Shown here: positions 22,501 through 31,879 of the stretch, in pieces
How the letters are laid out: each line of letters begins with the position of its first letter
Numbering within the stretch: the stretch's first letter is position 1
Assembly: GCA_946965045.2 (NCBI GenBank)
Contig: OX337241.1
Location: 186,001-250,000, forward strand
Origin: Epithemia pelagica
Lineage: Eukaryota > Protista > Bacillariophyta
DNA length: 64,000 nt
Direction: 5' to 3'
Notes under the pieces: model-generated
What the model was told of the DNA's origin: nothing
The model's input: the letters and a program-made list of their open reading frames with translations, nothing else
Database searches by the model: none
Position numbers and translations under genes: made by a program

Positions 22501-25500
22501 TCCCATGACAAGTTCTTGTAAATTGAGAGATCCATCGTCGGTATCGTCATTGTAACTACTGTCGTCGGTATCCTCGCTACTGGTGGCCACCGCAATGCGA
22601 GGTCGCCGTCGGTGGCTGCTCGTGCCATTGGCAGCAGTGTTGGCACCTCCCGTCGTTGTTGTGGGGGAAGTGGTCACAATCGTCGTAGGTCGCTTACTGG
22701 TAGAAGCAGCAGAAGGCCTCTCGTCTAGATCGTCACTGTCGCTGTCATCTTGAAAGGGTTTGTGACTAAAGGTTCGTGTACTGACACTCAAAATCGTATC
22801 ACCCTTGCCAATACTGTGATTGCTTCCACTGTCCAATCCTCCTCCACCGCCACTACCCAGAGTGACACCCTTGGTGGCCACGGCCGGTGCCATGCCCATG
22901 GCGGAATTGGCAGCGGCTGCAATTGCCGCATTGTTGCGTCTTCGACGACGGCGACGTTCAAAGGAGGATCGGGAGGCTTCGGTATTATCGTCCCGCGATC
23001 CAGCCGACGAGGACTGCTTTTTCTTGTCGCGACTTCGACTTCGCGATCGACCTAGATGTTTGCTCGATTTACTCGCACTGTCTTGGTTTTCTTGCTGCTG
23101 CTTTTGATCTTCCCATTGTGCGCGTGGTACCAAGACATTATTTTCATTGTACACATAGTCTTTCAAGATACCTTCCAATGCAGGAGAATCCGAAGATTGA
23201 GCCGCACTGGGTTGGTATCCGGACGATGAGGCTGCCCCTGCATTGGACGATCCTGCAGTTCCATCGTCCGAGGACGAGGATGAAAGTTTCATGCTCGATT
23301 TGCTAGGCATGCGACGTCCCTTCCCTCGATTGGGATAATGACGGAATCCAGTATCATTGTTGTAATCGTAATTGGGACCATAGGAAGAAGGATCGTGAGG
23401 ATCGTGGTTGGAATTTCCCGACGAAGATGACGAGGATGAAACGGAATGATTGCTTGTTCCGGGTAGAGTACCAGCAGTGTGTGCCGCTGTTGCCGCCGCG
23501 TCATTCGTTGAGTCCTCGGACGTTCCTTCGTCACTGGTACTGCCACCGGATAACAACAAGTGGTGATCCTCTCGTGCTGTCGTTCGTCCCCGGGATGGTA
23601 CGTCTCCTCCTCCATCTCCCGAGGAACTGGAGGAACAGGATGAGGAGGGAATGAGATCCTCTTCGGAACTTGCTTCCTCCAGGGACGGAGTTCGTATCAA
23701 AAGGATCCGGTTGCCGCCTGCGGCATCGCCACCTCCCAAGGACAAGAGGGAGGATACCTTGTGTACGGGTGAATTTGGTGCAGCCGGTATGGCGGCCGCC
23801 AGAGCCGCCGTCGTCGTCATGGTAGCAGTAGGAGACGAAGAAGAAGGTGATCCAGGTGTCGTTGCTCTTGTTGCGGGCGTCGTCGTCTTGTGAGTCGCCG
23901 ACGAGGCGGCCGCTGCTTCCGAGGAGGCCAAACACGCCATGGTGGCCAAATGTCCCGTGGAGGACGTTTTGGTGCGGGAGGGTGCCAATCGTATGGGTGC
24001 TGCTACTGCTCCTCCACCTCCAGAAGGAACGGGAGACCGCGTACTCTTTTTGCGGCGACTGTCAAAGCCATTGGCCACGGGAGACAAGGACGCTTCATCA
24101 TCGTCCTTGTCCTTGTGATTGTCATGGTTCTTGTGACGGGCTCGAGATCGATTCGGGGATGGATTCCGATGCACCAAGGGTTTGGCCTTGGAAAAGGGAG
24201 ACTTTTTGGGCGACGGTGGGGATCCAGTCGCCGCGCGTCCTCCTCCTCCTCGGGTGGTGGGGGACTGGACGGGTAGACTGGTAAAACTACCACTGCTATT
24301 ATTGTTCATGGGTAATACCATGTGTGCGGGAACAATCGTGGGAGAAGAGGGTCGGGACGTGGGCGATCGAGTCCGCATGGTCGCCAACGACGTGGGTGTC
24401 GTTGGAGCCGTAGTCGCAGTCGTCGTCGTCGTAGACGGAGAGATTCTTTTGCTGTGAGGTGAGAGCGGGGGAGTTGTCATTGTGGTTGTCGTTGTAGAAG
24501 GAGATTGGGAGTGTGATGGCGGTGACAAGGACGACGACGCAGAGGCTTTCGGAGCCTTATTATGGACGGCCGCTGGAGACGAGGAGGAGGAAGAACCACC
24601 GCCCGTTCGGGAGGTAGCAGTGGTCACGAATGGTTTGGCCGCCTCCTTTTCTGTTTTTTTTGGTTTTTTGGATATGGTGACAGCCGCCGGAGGTGGAGGT
24701 CCCTCATCGGTGCCCATGATAATATCATCGAGGGACAAGCTCGCTTCCGAATTATCGTCCTCCTCGTCTTCCTCTTCTTCTTCTTCTTCGGACGACAGCA
24801 TGTCTTCAATACAGGTAATTTCTGGAGGTCCTTCATCGGTGCCCATGATAATGTCATCGAGGGACAAGCTCGCTTCCGAATTATCGTCCTCCTCGTCTTC
24901 CTCTTCTTCTTCTTCTTCTTCTTCGGACGACAGCATGTCTTCAATACAGGTAATTTCCCGACTGGCCAATTGGGGCGGTGCCGGACGTCGTCCCCGTCGT
25001 TTCGAAGGAGTGGTATTTCCACTATTGTTATTGTTATTCGTGTGTCGTCCAGGTGAAAAGGGAACCTCGGGAGGCAGCGTTGGTCCCATGGAGGATTTTT
25101 TGGCTTGAAAGTCGGCCGACGGAGAGCACGGTGCTGCGGCCATGAGGATGGCATCATTGGCATCATGATGCTTGTCCACCAATCGAATGCGATGTTCGTG
25201 TCGTGGTTCATCCAAGGGCGAGGATGATGCTGCTGCTGGTTGTTTTTTGTGACTGGAGGAGGAGGATTCCGTGGGTAGACTCTTTTTGTGACGACTGCTT
25301 CCGCCGGGAGAAAACACGGCCGACAGACTGGGTCGGGGACGATTGGAGGGGGACAAGGGCGATTGGTGATGTTGCTGTTGGTGTTGTCGTTGTTCATGTT
25401 GTTGCGTGGCAATGTGCAACAATCGCTTTTGCTTTTCGCGTCGTTCGTGGCGTCGTTGTTCTTCTTCGGACAAGGGTGGTGGTGATTGTGTGGCGGTCTC

Positions 25501-25869
25501 GGTGGGTTCTTCGAGTGGCACAGATGTTCGGGAATGTCGCGACGATCGTTCTTTTTTCTTGTGTTCCTTGTGATGCTTGCTGCTACTGCTACTGGAAGTC
25601 GCAGCATCTCCGGAGGATCGCCCATGACTGCTGCTGTCCCTGTGCCGTTCCTTGTGGGAGGACTTTTTCTCCTTGCTTGATTTTTTGGAGGATTTTTTGG
25701 AACTGGTCGTCGAGGAGGATGCTTCCACAATGTTGTTGGGTTTGGTGTGATTGCTCCCATGTTTGCTGGTTCGTAAAATGCCCGGTGGTTTGGTCGATTT
25801 CGTCGCAGTAGCAGTAGCACTCGTCGACGATTGTTCGTGAGACGGATGATTCAAGGGAGGCATGTTCAA
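19588..25869 (-). CDS. 2093-aa intronless low-complexity (Ser/Glu/Thr-rich) protein with a coiled coil and a small C-terminal domain
   Basis: 6.3-kb open frame. The C-terminus has a charged coiled coil followed by RLAYHWYTRCGMPSKKSMKERI..ITEADIDLLPW. Confidence 0.85.
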   Translation of the reverse strand: MNMPPLNHPSHEQSSTSATATATKSTKPPGILRTSKHGSNHTKPNNIVEASSSTTSSKKSSKKSSKEKKSSHKERHRDSSSHGRSSGDAATSSSSSSKHHKEHKKKERSSRHSRTSVPLEEPTETATQSPPPLSEEEQRRHERREKQKRLLHIATQQHEQRQHQQQHHQSPLSPSNRPRPSLSAVFSPGGSSRHKKSLPTESSSSSHKKQPAAASSSPLDEPRHEHRIRLVDKHHDANDAILMAAAPCSPSADFQAKKSSMGPTLPPEVPFSPGRHTNNNNNSGNTTPSKRRGRRPAPPQLASREITCIEDMLSSEEEEEEEEEDEEDDNSEASLSLDDIIMGTDEGPPEITCIEDMLSSEEEEEEEDEEDDNSEASLSLDDIIMGTDEGPPPPAAVTISKKPKKTEKEAAKPFVTTATSRTGGGSSSSSSPAAVHNKAPKASASSSLSPPSHSQSPSTTTTTMTTPPLSPHSKRISPSTTTTTATTAPTTPTSLATMRTRSPTSRPSSPTIVPAHMVLPMNNNSSGSFTSLPVQSPTTRGGGGRAATGSPPSPKKSPFSKAKPLVHRNPSPNRSRARHKNHDNHKDKDDDEASLSPVANGFDSRRKKSTRSPVPSGGGGAVAAPIRLAPSRTKTSSTGHLATMACLASSEAAAASSATHKTTTPATRATTPGSPSSSSPTATMTTTAALAAAIPAAPNSPVHKVSSLLSLGGGDAAGGNRILLIRTPSLEEASSEEDLIPSSSCSSSSSGDGGGDVPSRGRTTAREDHHLLLSGGSTSDEGTSEDSTNDAAATAAHTAGTLPGTSNHSVSSSSSSSGNSNHDPHDPSSYGPNYDYNNDTGFRHYPNRGKGRRMPSKSSMKLSSSSSDDGTAGSSNAGAASSSGYQPSAAQSSDSPALEGILKDYVYNENNVLVPRAQWEDQKQQQENQDSASKSSKHLGRSRSRSRDKKKQSSSAGSRDDNTEASRSSFERRRRRRRNNAAIAAAANSAMGMAPAVATKGVTLGSGGGGGLDSGSNHSIGKGDTILSVSTRTFSHKPFQDDSDSDDLDERPSAASTSKRPTTIVTTSPTTTTGGANTAANGTSSHRRRPRIAVATSSEDTDDSSYNDDTDDGSLNLQELVMGLNSTHPAPPEENQQTSPLEHSPADTNSHEKEDTDQKDEQEPVSFAFHRRSSASSSNNSEPDMSPTNPMKWDPTPPTMPNPQDDSASTVHTTTSLRSMVSTGGARDTGKETLSSNRHRKDNVESSDHDTEQDGMLRSSREKQSQENRRNGTNAALDASYNLDSMRWSDHGDDNEVENEHVEDAEEDLNVNAENMRKDDMDRYDSDYTEEEVTEEEEEEEEVLEEPIEKQQIFIGKEQFFEESFEELVLEELVLEDEVISVEEEIPENEEYEDDEVVFEEEVLNDEIPQQEHNQENEFANKAENVNALNDTHEDIEEEIRTSNKQSIDACNSDHSSSSNSTCSCSSNNRCATIESPTETAHHSTSDETATIEERQKQANAPAVTTQSSDFPSLASPTAINGEAAPNRSDNESSCSASSSKSNSDSEPDVSLPHQKPQSIVSSHDTEPSSSKNKVGRNTKAVKNNVAEPPKSKYVDEKTFLSKNAGEDQHSRKENEKPKRQEPTSEHDGDDTDSSSSSSSTSSSSSSSSSSSDSEDSVDNGDTRASSTTGRKSKPVSILRSSKGTSSTTNTPENSNMPTAKKVEVKTSQNTTHGETKSKMKVVGSRHSNSAQPTTGATQADEVMAGANNSKNNNSSELFASASTGDGWSIPKSTATPNSLFDDTTANGKHDLETLYDDTEGGSTLSNDTLDTNYGVEKQDAKKAKQGKKPKKTEPSSQPHVAKKQPRATVNKNEGSSGEWKFDLSAMERVAEQAERKAADISKTVNVTVADSEEINSAAQNSITTSADDFDALQQEIDQVAQNYKDAGRGGEARFTKSPVRAPAERSVEVPKSPIKNPEGTKNIEQRKLLDNFKQRKLERQARLEKAKERIRIKEAEEKKKLAAQKRADRNKLKAKSHVSADEGGPRSEDQRRRLAYHWYTRCGMPSKKSMKERIQRIKGIEITEADIDLLPWMKGDYMVNVSAISKLMRVSK
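24695..24957. repeat. In-frame tandem duplication (129/135 bp) in the large ORF
   Basis: EITCIEDMLSSE(n)DEEDDNSEASLSLDDIIMGTDEGPP occurs twice; the copies differ by a few substitutions and two GAA units. Confidence 0.95.
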
Positions 25870-26034
25870 GTCTCTCGGATCGTCTGTATATTATAAATAT
25901 ATCAATCGATGGTAGAGATTGTTGGTTCAGTGTGTATTCGATGGCTCGTCTTTTCTCGTCTTTTCTCGACTGGTTCTTGTTGGTTTTGTGGCGGTGTGAA
26001 TAGAAAAGGGAAATCCACAAGGTCAATCAATGGA

Positions 26035-26035
<1 letters not shown>

Positions 26036-26070
<35 letters not shown>

Positions 26071-26180
26071 GCTCTCTCTCTGCGTTGCAAACAAGGAGAC
26101 AGTGTACCAAACACGAAGCTCTCGAGACCTTTTTGGCAATACTCTTCTCGTGTTCTCCCTCCCTATCTCTCTCTCGCTCT
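26036..26180. repeat. (CT)n microsatellite tracts upstream of the large ORF
   Basis: Directly visible dinucleotide runs. Confidence 0.85.
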
Positions 26181-26339
26181 CTCTCAACGAGCAGACTAGG
26201 AATGGCTCGATCAATCAATGAATGAATTGCACTATAATAAATCCAACCCAGAAACGACAATCCAAACAAGAGACTCACAGCAACGCAAATGGTCACAAAC
26301 CAAGAAATTTCAATTCAGGAACGACAATTATTCAAGAGA

Positions 26340-26417
26340 GACCATGGAAAACCCCGTCCTGTTGTTGTTGTTGTTTTTGACCATAGAAAACCCCGTCCTG
26401 TTGTTGTTGTTGTTTTT
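26340..26417. repeat. 39-bp tandem duplication
   Basis: GACCAT(G/A)GAAAACCCCGTCCTGTTGTTGTTGTTGTTTTT occurs twice. Confidence 0.9.
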
Positions 26418-27231
26418 ACTAGGAGGATCATGTATTGGAGGGCGAGGAGGATTAGGCCCATCAGCTACAAGCAAGGCGTAGTTTTCCCGTCCCCCGTCCC
26501 CGGGGGACGCGGGGCCCAACTATGTGAAAAATGATTCTTGTTGGGACTTCATGAAACATATTGCCTCACAGAGCTTACTATTGCCTTGTTGGAAACAACG
26601 GTACTAACGTTCTTAAAAGGACCGGTATAGGCACAGTTGGATAATCATTGTTTCCCTACCGGATAGTTTCAAGGCAATACACATAGTCCCTGCACACTTG
26701 TAAATTCCTGTCCGTGTTAATCGTAGACAATGGACAACTCTTATCTGCGACCAATCGTTCCCTGCCTTATTTCAAATCAATTACACGTCATGCACATAAA
26801 ATTTTATCGTAAATACTGGTTGCGCCAAGTAATAAGTTCAGCACCTCTGACCAGAATAAAATTTTATAATATACTCGTATGGACCCATACACTATGTGGA
26901 TGGGCGTGACAATTATTGACAATGGGCAAACTATCGGCCAAGCTACCTACCTACTCCGTCTCTTGTCTTTGGATCTGTTGTCTTTTCTTCGCTCGTAGTT
27001 TGTTCGTACGACTCACTCAAACCCCCCTTCCTTCCAACCTCTATACTTTTTATATGCCTAGCTAGCTAGCCCCATGGACAACGGCCGAGACAACAGACAA
27101 CAACGTTTGTGCATACGGACTGCAGTGGGGATGGGGCTCCACGATCTCTCGTCCCTGCCTTTTGTGGTTCGCACATCCATGACACGCCAAGCATACAAGA
27201 ACAGGAATCCATGACTGGCCTTTCTCCTTAG

Positions 27232-27770
27232 TTAGGAGAGACCCAAAACCATCATGCCTGTTCCAAACCCAAACAACAGTGACAAGACAAAGGATGGATT
27301 CATGGACATTGTCATACTGCTCGCGTCCGACAACACCACCAAAGTTTCGTTGTCGGTGATGGCCATCGTTTGGAACAAGGCTTCGAATTCCGCACGTGTA
27401 AAACACGTGTCCGGTCCACCCTCCGTTCGAATGTGCTCGACCAATGCCGGACTGACCACCGAAGTGCCGCCGAAAAAGAGGTTGAGAAACTCCACCACAT
27501 TGTCGGCCGTGACACATATATCATCATCCCGAGAAGAGGTCCCACAGCTTTCGGTTGTATCAGTACTGACAGTGCACGCCACGACATTGTCAAACAAAAA
27601 GGTTCCTGATTACTCAAACGGAAGCTGGATATGCTCCATCTCCCATGCATTAATCACACCATCCTGGTTGGTATCCATCAAGGCAATGGCATCCTGAATC
27701 ATTTGATCCATATCCAATTCTTGAAAACCACCGTCTTGATTGGAACCTTGTTCGTTTACAACAAGGCGGC
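27232..27770 (-). pseudogene. 5'-truncated, inverted duplicate of the EF-hand/C-terminal part of the 6281-8133 gene, with a premature stop
   Basis: Collinear with ~7590-8133 at DNA and protein level (LVVNE..ELDMDQMIQ..DTNQDGVI..GMMV.GLS stop). A TAA at 27612-27610 replaces Gln. Confidence 0.9.
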
Positions 27771-30700
27771 TCAACATTGACAATAGTGGCCCGCAACGGC
27801 CACACAAAACCAAGACCATCCACTGGTACAACACGAGGGAAGAAAATCACAAACTTGACATTCGCATCCACGACAAGCACATCCGAGTTCCGTGGTTCGT
27901 GGTTCATGACAATTGGAGCAAAGCTCGGCAGAACAGGAATAGGGAGTACCCACGGCACATTCTTCCACTTGGTCTTGCTCCAATATTCCATTGTGCACGG
28001 GGGAATCCGATGGACTGGATGAAGGGCCCTGCGACGGAGACTCTGAAGGTAGCGTGGAGGGACTGGAGGAAGGTTGTTGTGTGGGGTCCAAGGAAGGAGA
28101 ATCGGAAGGGAGTGTGGAGGGACTGGAGGAAGGGTGTTGTGTGGGGTCCAAGGAAGGAGAATCGGAAGGGAGCGTGGAGGGACTGGAGGAAGGGTGTTGT
28201 GTGGGGTCCGAGGAGGGAGAATCGGAAGAAAGCGTGGAGGGACTGGAGGAAGGTTGTTGTGTAGGGTCCGAGGAGGGAAAGGAGGAAGGAGAAACAGAAG
28301 GTTCGGCAGAAGGTTCCTCGTTACTTTGGCCATTACAAGTACAGTGTTGATTGGCCAAGAGGGCACACAGTGGCATCCATTGGAGGGTACAACAGACAGC
28401 AACACGCTCACAAACGGCACATTCACAGCCTGGACAGGAACATCCTGGAGCCGAGTGCTCCTCTTTACAGTTGCCACAGGAATTGTCGGTTCCACAAACA
28501 CTGGCTGAATACGAACAGGGTGGCAAAGAAGATGGATTGGCGCTGGGTAACGTTGATGGTTGTCGTGTCGGTAACACGCTAGGGTACCAGGACGGAGAAA
28601 CACTGGGATCGACTGAAGGAGACTGGGAAGGGAGATCCGAAGGGTTATTTGTTGGTTGTCCGGATGGGATTGTGGAAGGAAGCTGTGTCGGTATCGGTGA
28701 GGGAGGTGTGGATGGCCTGTCGGAAGGCCTGGTCGAAGGAGGATTGGAAGGAACATTGGTCGGACTGTCACTGGGGTTGTCGGACGGAAGATTGGACGGC
28801 TCGGTCGAAGGCAGTTGTGAGGGAGTTTGAGACGGAACGGTGGAGGCAACGACTTGTTGAACGGCATTCAAGGCATGAATGAGTCCATGACCCGAATCAA
28901 AATCAAATCCGGGGGTATCCGTCATGTCCACGGCCGACTGTTCCATAATGGCATATATCTCCAGAGGTGTCAAGGTGGGATCCAAATGACGTAACACCAC
29001 TGCCACTGCCGCCGCATTGGGTGCCGCCGCCGAAGTACCTACCAGCATAGAGTAATAAGCACACACAAGAGAAGAAGAAACAAACACAGGTACCGTGAGT
29101 TGCGTTTCCTCTTTCTACACATGCAACACCAATAAGAACATACCAAAAAAGTAAAAGCCCCATCCATTGGGTTGATAATTGTCCCATGTGCCAAAAAAGG
29201 TATTGCTACATCCATCCGTGGCCACAAATCGGGGTTGGTGTCGAACTTCAGGTTCGATCAAGCGTTGTCCTTGTCGATTCCAGACAATGGGTGTTCCACC
29301 AGCGGACGAAAAGGGTTGCAATTGGGGCGGTGTCGTCCCAAAGGCGGGCGTATCTTGAAAAAAGGCGGCACCGACACCCGCCACATATGGGGCATTGCCT
29401 TGTCCATAGGCGGCCGAAGCGTAGGCAGTCTCATGAGTTGTTGTTGTTGTTGTTGTCGTCGTCATTGGCGCTGTGGTGGGAGTGGTGGTAATGGGTTCTT
29501 GGATTTCCGTCAAGGGTCCAAACAGGACCCATTTCAAGCGTGTGGGGGGCGGTCCATGGCACAGAGAAAAGGCCAATTGAAAGACGGTGGATCCATCCTC
29601 CCGTGTGGGAGAATGATTGGGCAAGAGTGTCACCACGGCCACGGGATCGGCCCCGGTATTGGTGACAATATCGGCCCCCAAAATGGTTTTGCCATCGCGC
29701 TGAAAAATCCACACATCCAAATCGGATACGGCCCCCGTTCCACCACTGACGGAATAAAAGGGATCGTCCCATTGAAACACCAAATAATGAGTCCGACCCA
29801 GAGTGTCGGCCTCGAGAAATTCCGGTCCCAAGACAATTTGCTGCCGCGTATGCGGGACCGCCGTGTGACCGTATCCAAAATCATGAAAGTCACATTGATT
29901 CCAATCCTTTTCGCCCGACGGAACAAAGTCCGACAGGGATTCCCAGGAATTGCGTCCATTGTTGCCAATGGCCGAAAAGTAGGGAACACCATGAATTTGG
30001 GCCGCGTCATTGGCCGCTTGAGCCAAAATGCCATCTTGAAAAAAGGGTTCGGCCAAATAGACTGAATCGTAAAAAAATGCGCAGCAGTACAAACATACGT
30101 ACAAAAGACACACACGGGAGAGAGACATGTGAGAGTTGCAAAGATGCCCCGCCAAAACAAAATGAGAGAGTTACAAAGATGCAAAGATGAACCCACGAAC
30201 AAAACACAATAGAAACAGAACAAACACCAATGTTCGGCAGTTGGCTGGTAGATTTGCTTCAAGAAAGAGACACACACACACGTACCAATATCATCCACCA
30301 CGACATGACAAGGTTCTCGTGGTTCCAGGGTTGTGCTTGTCGTGGAAGACGACGACGACGAGACTTGGCCGGTACTCAAATATTCAATGCCCTCGGCAAA
30401 ATTCACATTGCCTTGAGCCGCCGACCAAAAGACCAATTCCACGGGCAAGCCCAGTGGATGCAACAAATCGTACACGAGTTGCATCATGGCCCGTCCTTCG
30501 TCGAGGCCCCGCACCGATTGTTCTTGGACAATCTCAATGCCCGTGGCCGGCAAATCGCCCGTGGCCACATTGCTCGCATAGCCCCCCAGTGTATCAAAGG
30601 AATCGGACAAGATGCCAATCCGTACGACACCTGGTTTGCGATTGTTGTTGCCAGAACTACTACTACTGCTTTGCGATTGCCATGGGGCATTGGACGACGA

Positions 30701-31879
30701 CGAAGCATCGGCAGCGCCAACCAGGGTTTGCAGCCAGGTCTGCATGGTATCCAATTCCAAGGATTGCACTGCTTCACTAACCACGGTACCGGAACTACTA
30801 CTGTTTGCTGTCATGGTTCGATTTCTCAAGGCGGTACGAGTCGTGATGGGTCTCGTCCTCCGGTTTTGGTCCGTCGGTCGTGGTCGTCGTGGATTGCGAT
30901 GCGACGTGCATTCAAACCAGGCGGGTCGAATGGTGGCGACAAAGTCCAATTCTTGAATCTCGACCAAGGCTCCCAAGGCCATCCATCCCGTAACTTGATA
31001 ACGACTCCGTCCCGTGAGTGCAAAGCCTCCTCCAGTGACCGATTCCAATTGGTCGATGCGAGTGTCGTCGTCCTTGTCCTCATTGGTTGGTTGCTCCATC
31101 TCATGACACACCACTTCGACCAAAATCCAGACATGGTCGTCGTCGTCGTCGTCCTGTTGTGGTTGTGGTTGTTGAGTGGACTGGGCACCACCAGTCGTAT
31201 CACTCGTTTCATCCTTGTGATTCTGATTCTGGTGCAATGACGATGATGATGACGATGATGATTCCTCCAGACGTTCTTGCTCGTCCAAGCGACGCGTTGT
31301 GGGGTTGTCATGGTGGTGGTTGTCATTGTAGTGTCTGGGTGGTGCGTGTGGTTCGTGTTTGTGGTTTTGGTGGTTCTGGTGGTCGTGGTAAATGGATGGC
31401 TTCCACGGTCCTCGTTTCCACGATGACACGCGTTGGAGGGCTAGTTGAACCTGTCGGGCATGCCAGGATGTGTGGTTGGTGTTGGTGTTGGTGGTAGTGT
31501 CGTTGTTGTGGTGATTCTTGCTCTTGTTATTATAGTGTGGATGATAGTGCAGTCGCCAGAGATGATGCAATTCCCAATGCACCTTGTGGTAGTGGTGCGT
31601 GACATTTTTTTGGAACCACGAACCATCCCACAAGGAGACGACGGGTGTTGTTGTGGTGGTTGTATTTGTCGTTGTTGTCGTAGTTGCATTTGTCGTTGTT
31701 GTGGTGGTTGTATATGGAGTGTCACCCTCCGTGGCCGCCACCGACACTCCAACAAGAAGGAAGAACCCACAAAACAGACCGATCACTGCAAAAAGGCTTA
31801 CACGGCAATCCGGACGGCGTCCCCGGGAGGAAAAAGAGGAACGAGCCGCGGCGATTCGCAGCACCCTCCTGATTGTCAT
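27771..31879 (-). CDS. Secreted subtilase-clan serine protease (S8/S53-like) with a Pro/Ser stalk and two Cys-rich modules, 3 exons
   Basis: Introns 30285-30062 and 29143-29039 join DDI|VYLAEPFFQDG and FF|GTSAAAP. Motifs: RIGILSDSF, DEGRAMMQL, SAIGNNG, GTSAAAP (catalytic Ser), PGFDFDSGHGLI. The N-terminus has a hydrophobic segment. Confidence 0.88.
28036..28278. repeat. 60-bp coding minisatellite, 4 copies (20-aa unit like SDSPSLDPTQHPSSSPSTLP)
   Basis: The 60-bp period is visible in four consecutive sequence lines. Confidence 0.95.

Noticed and set aside
19823-25820. Many overlapping ORFs in other frames and on the opposite strand of the 2093-aa gene
   Set aside because: Shadow ORFs caused by low-complexity trinucleotide composition. 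The same applies around 4100-5700 and 27650-31500.
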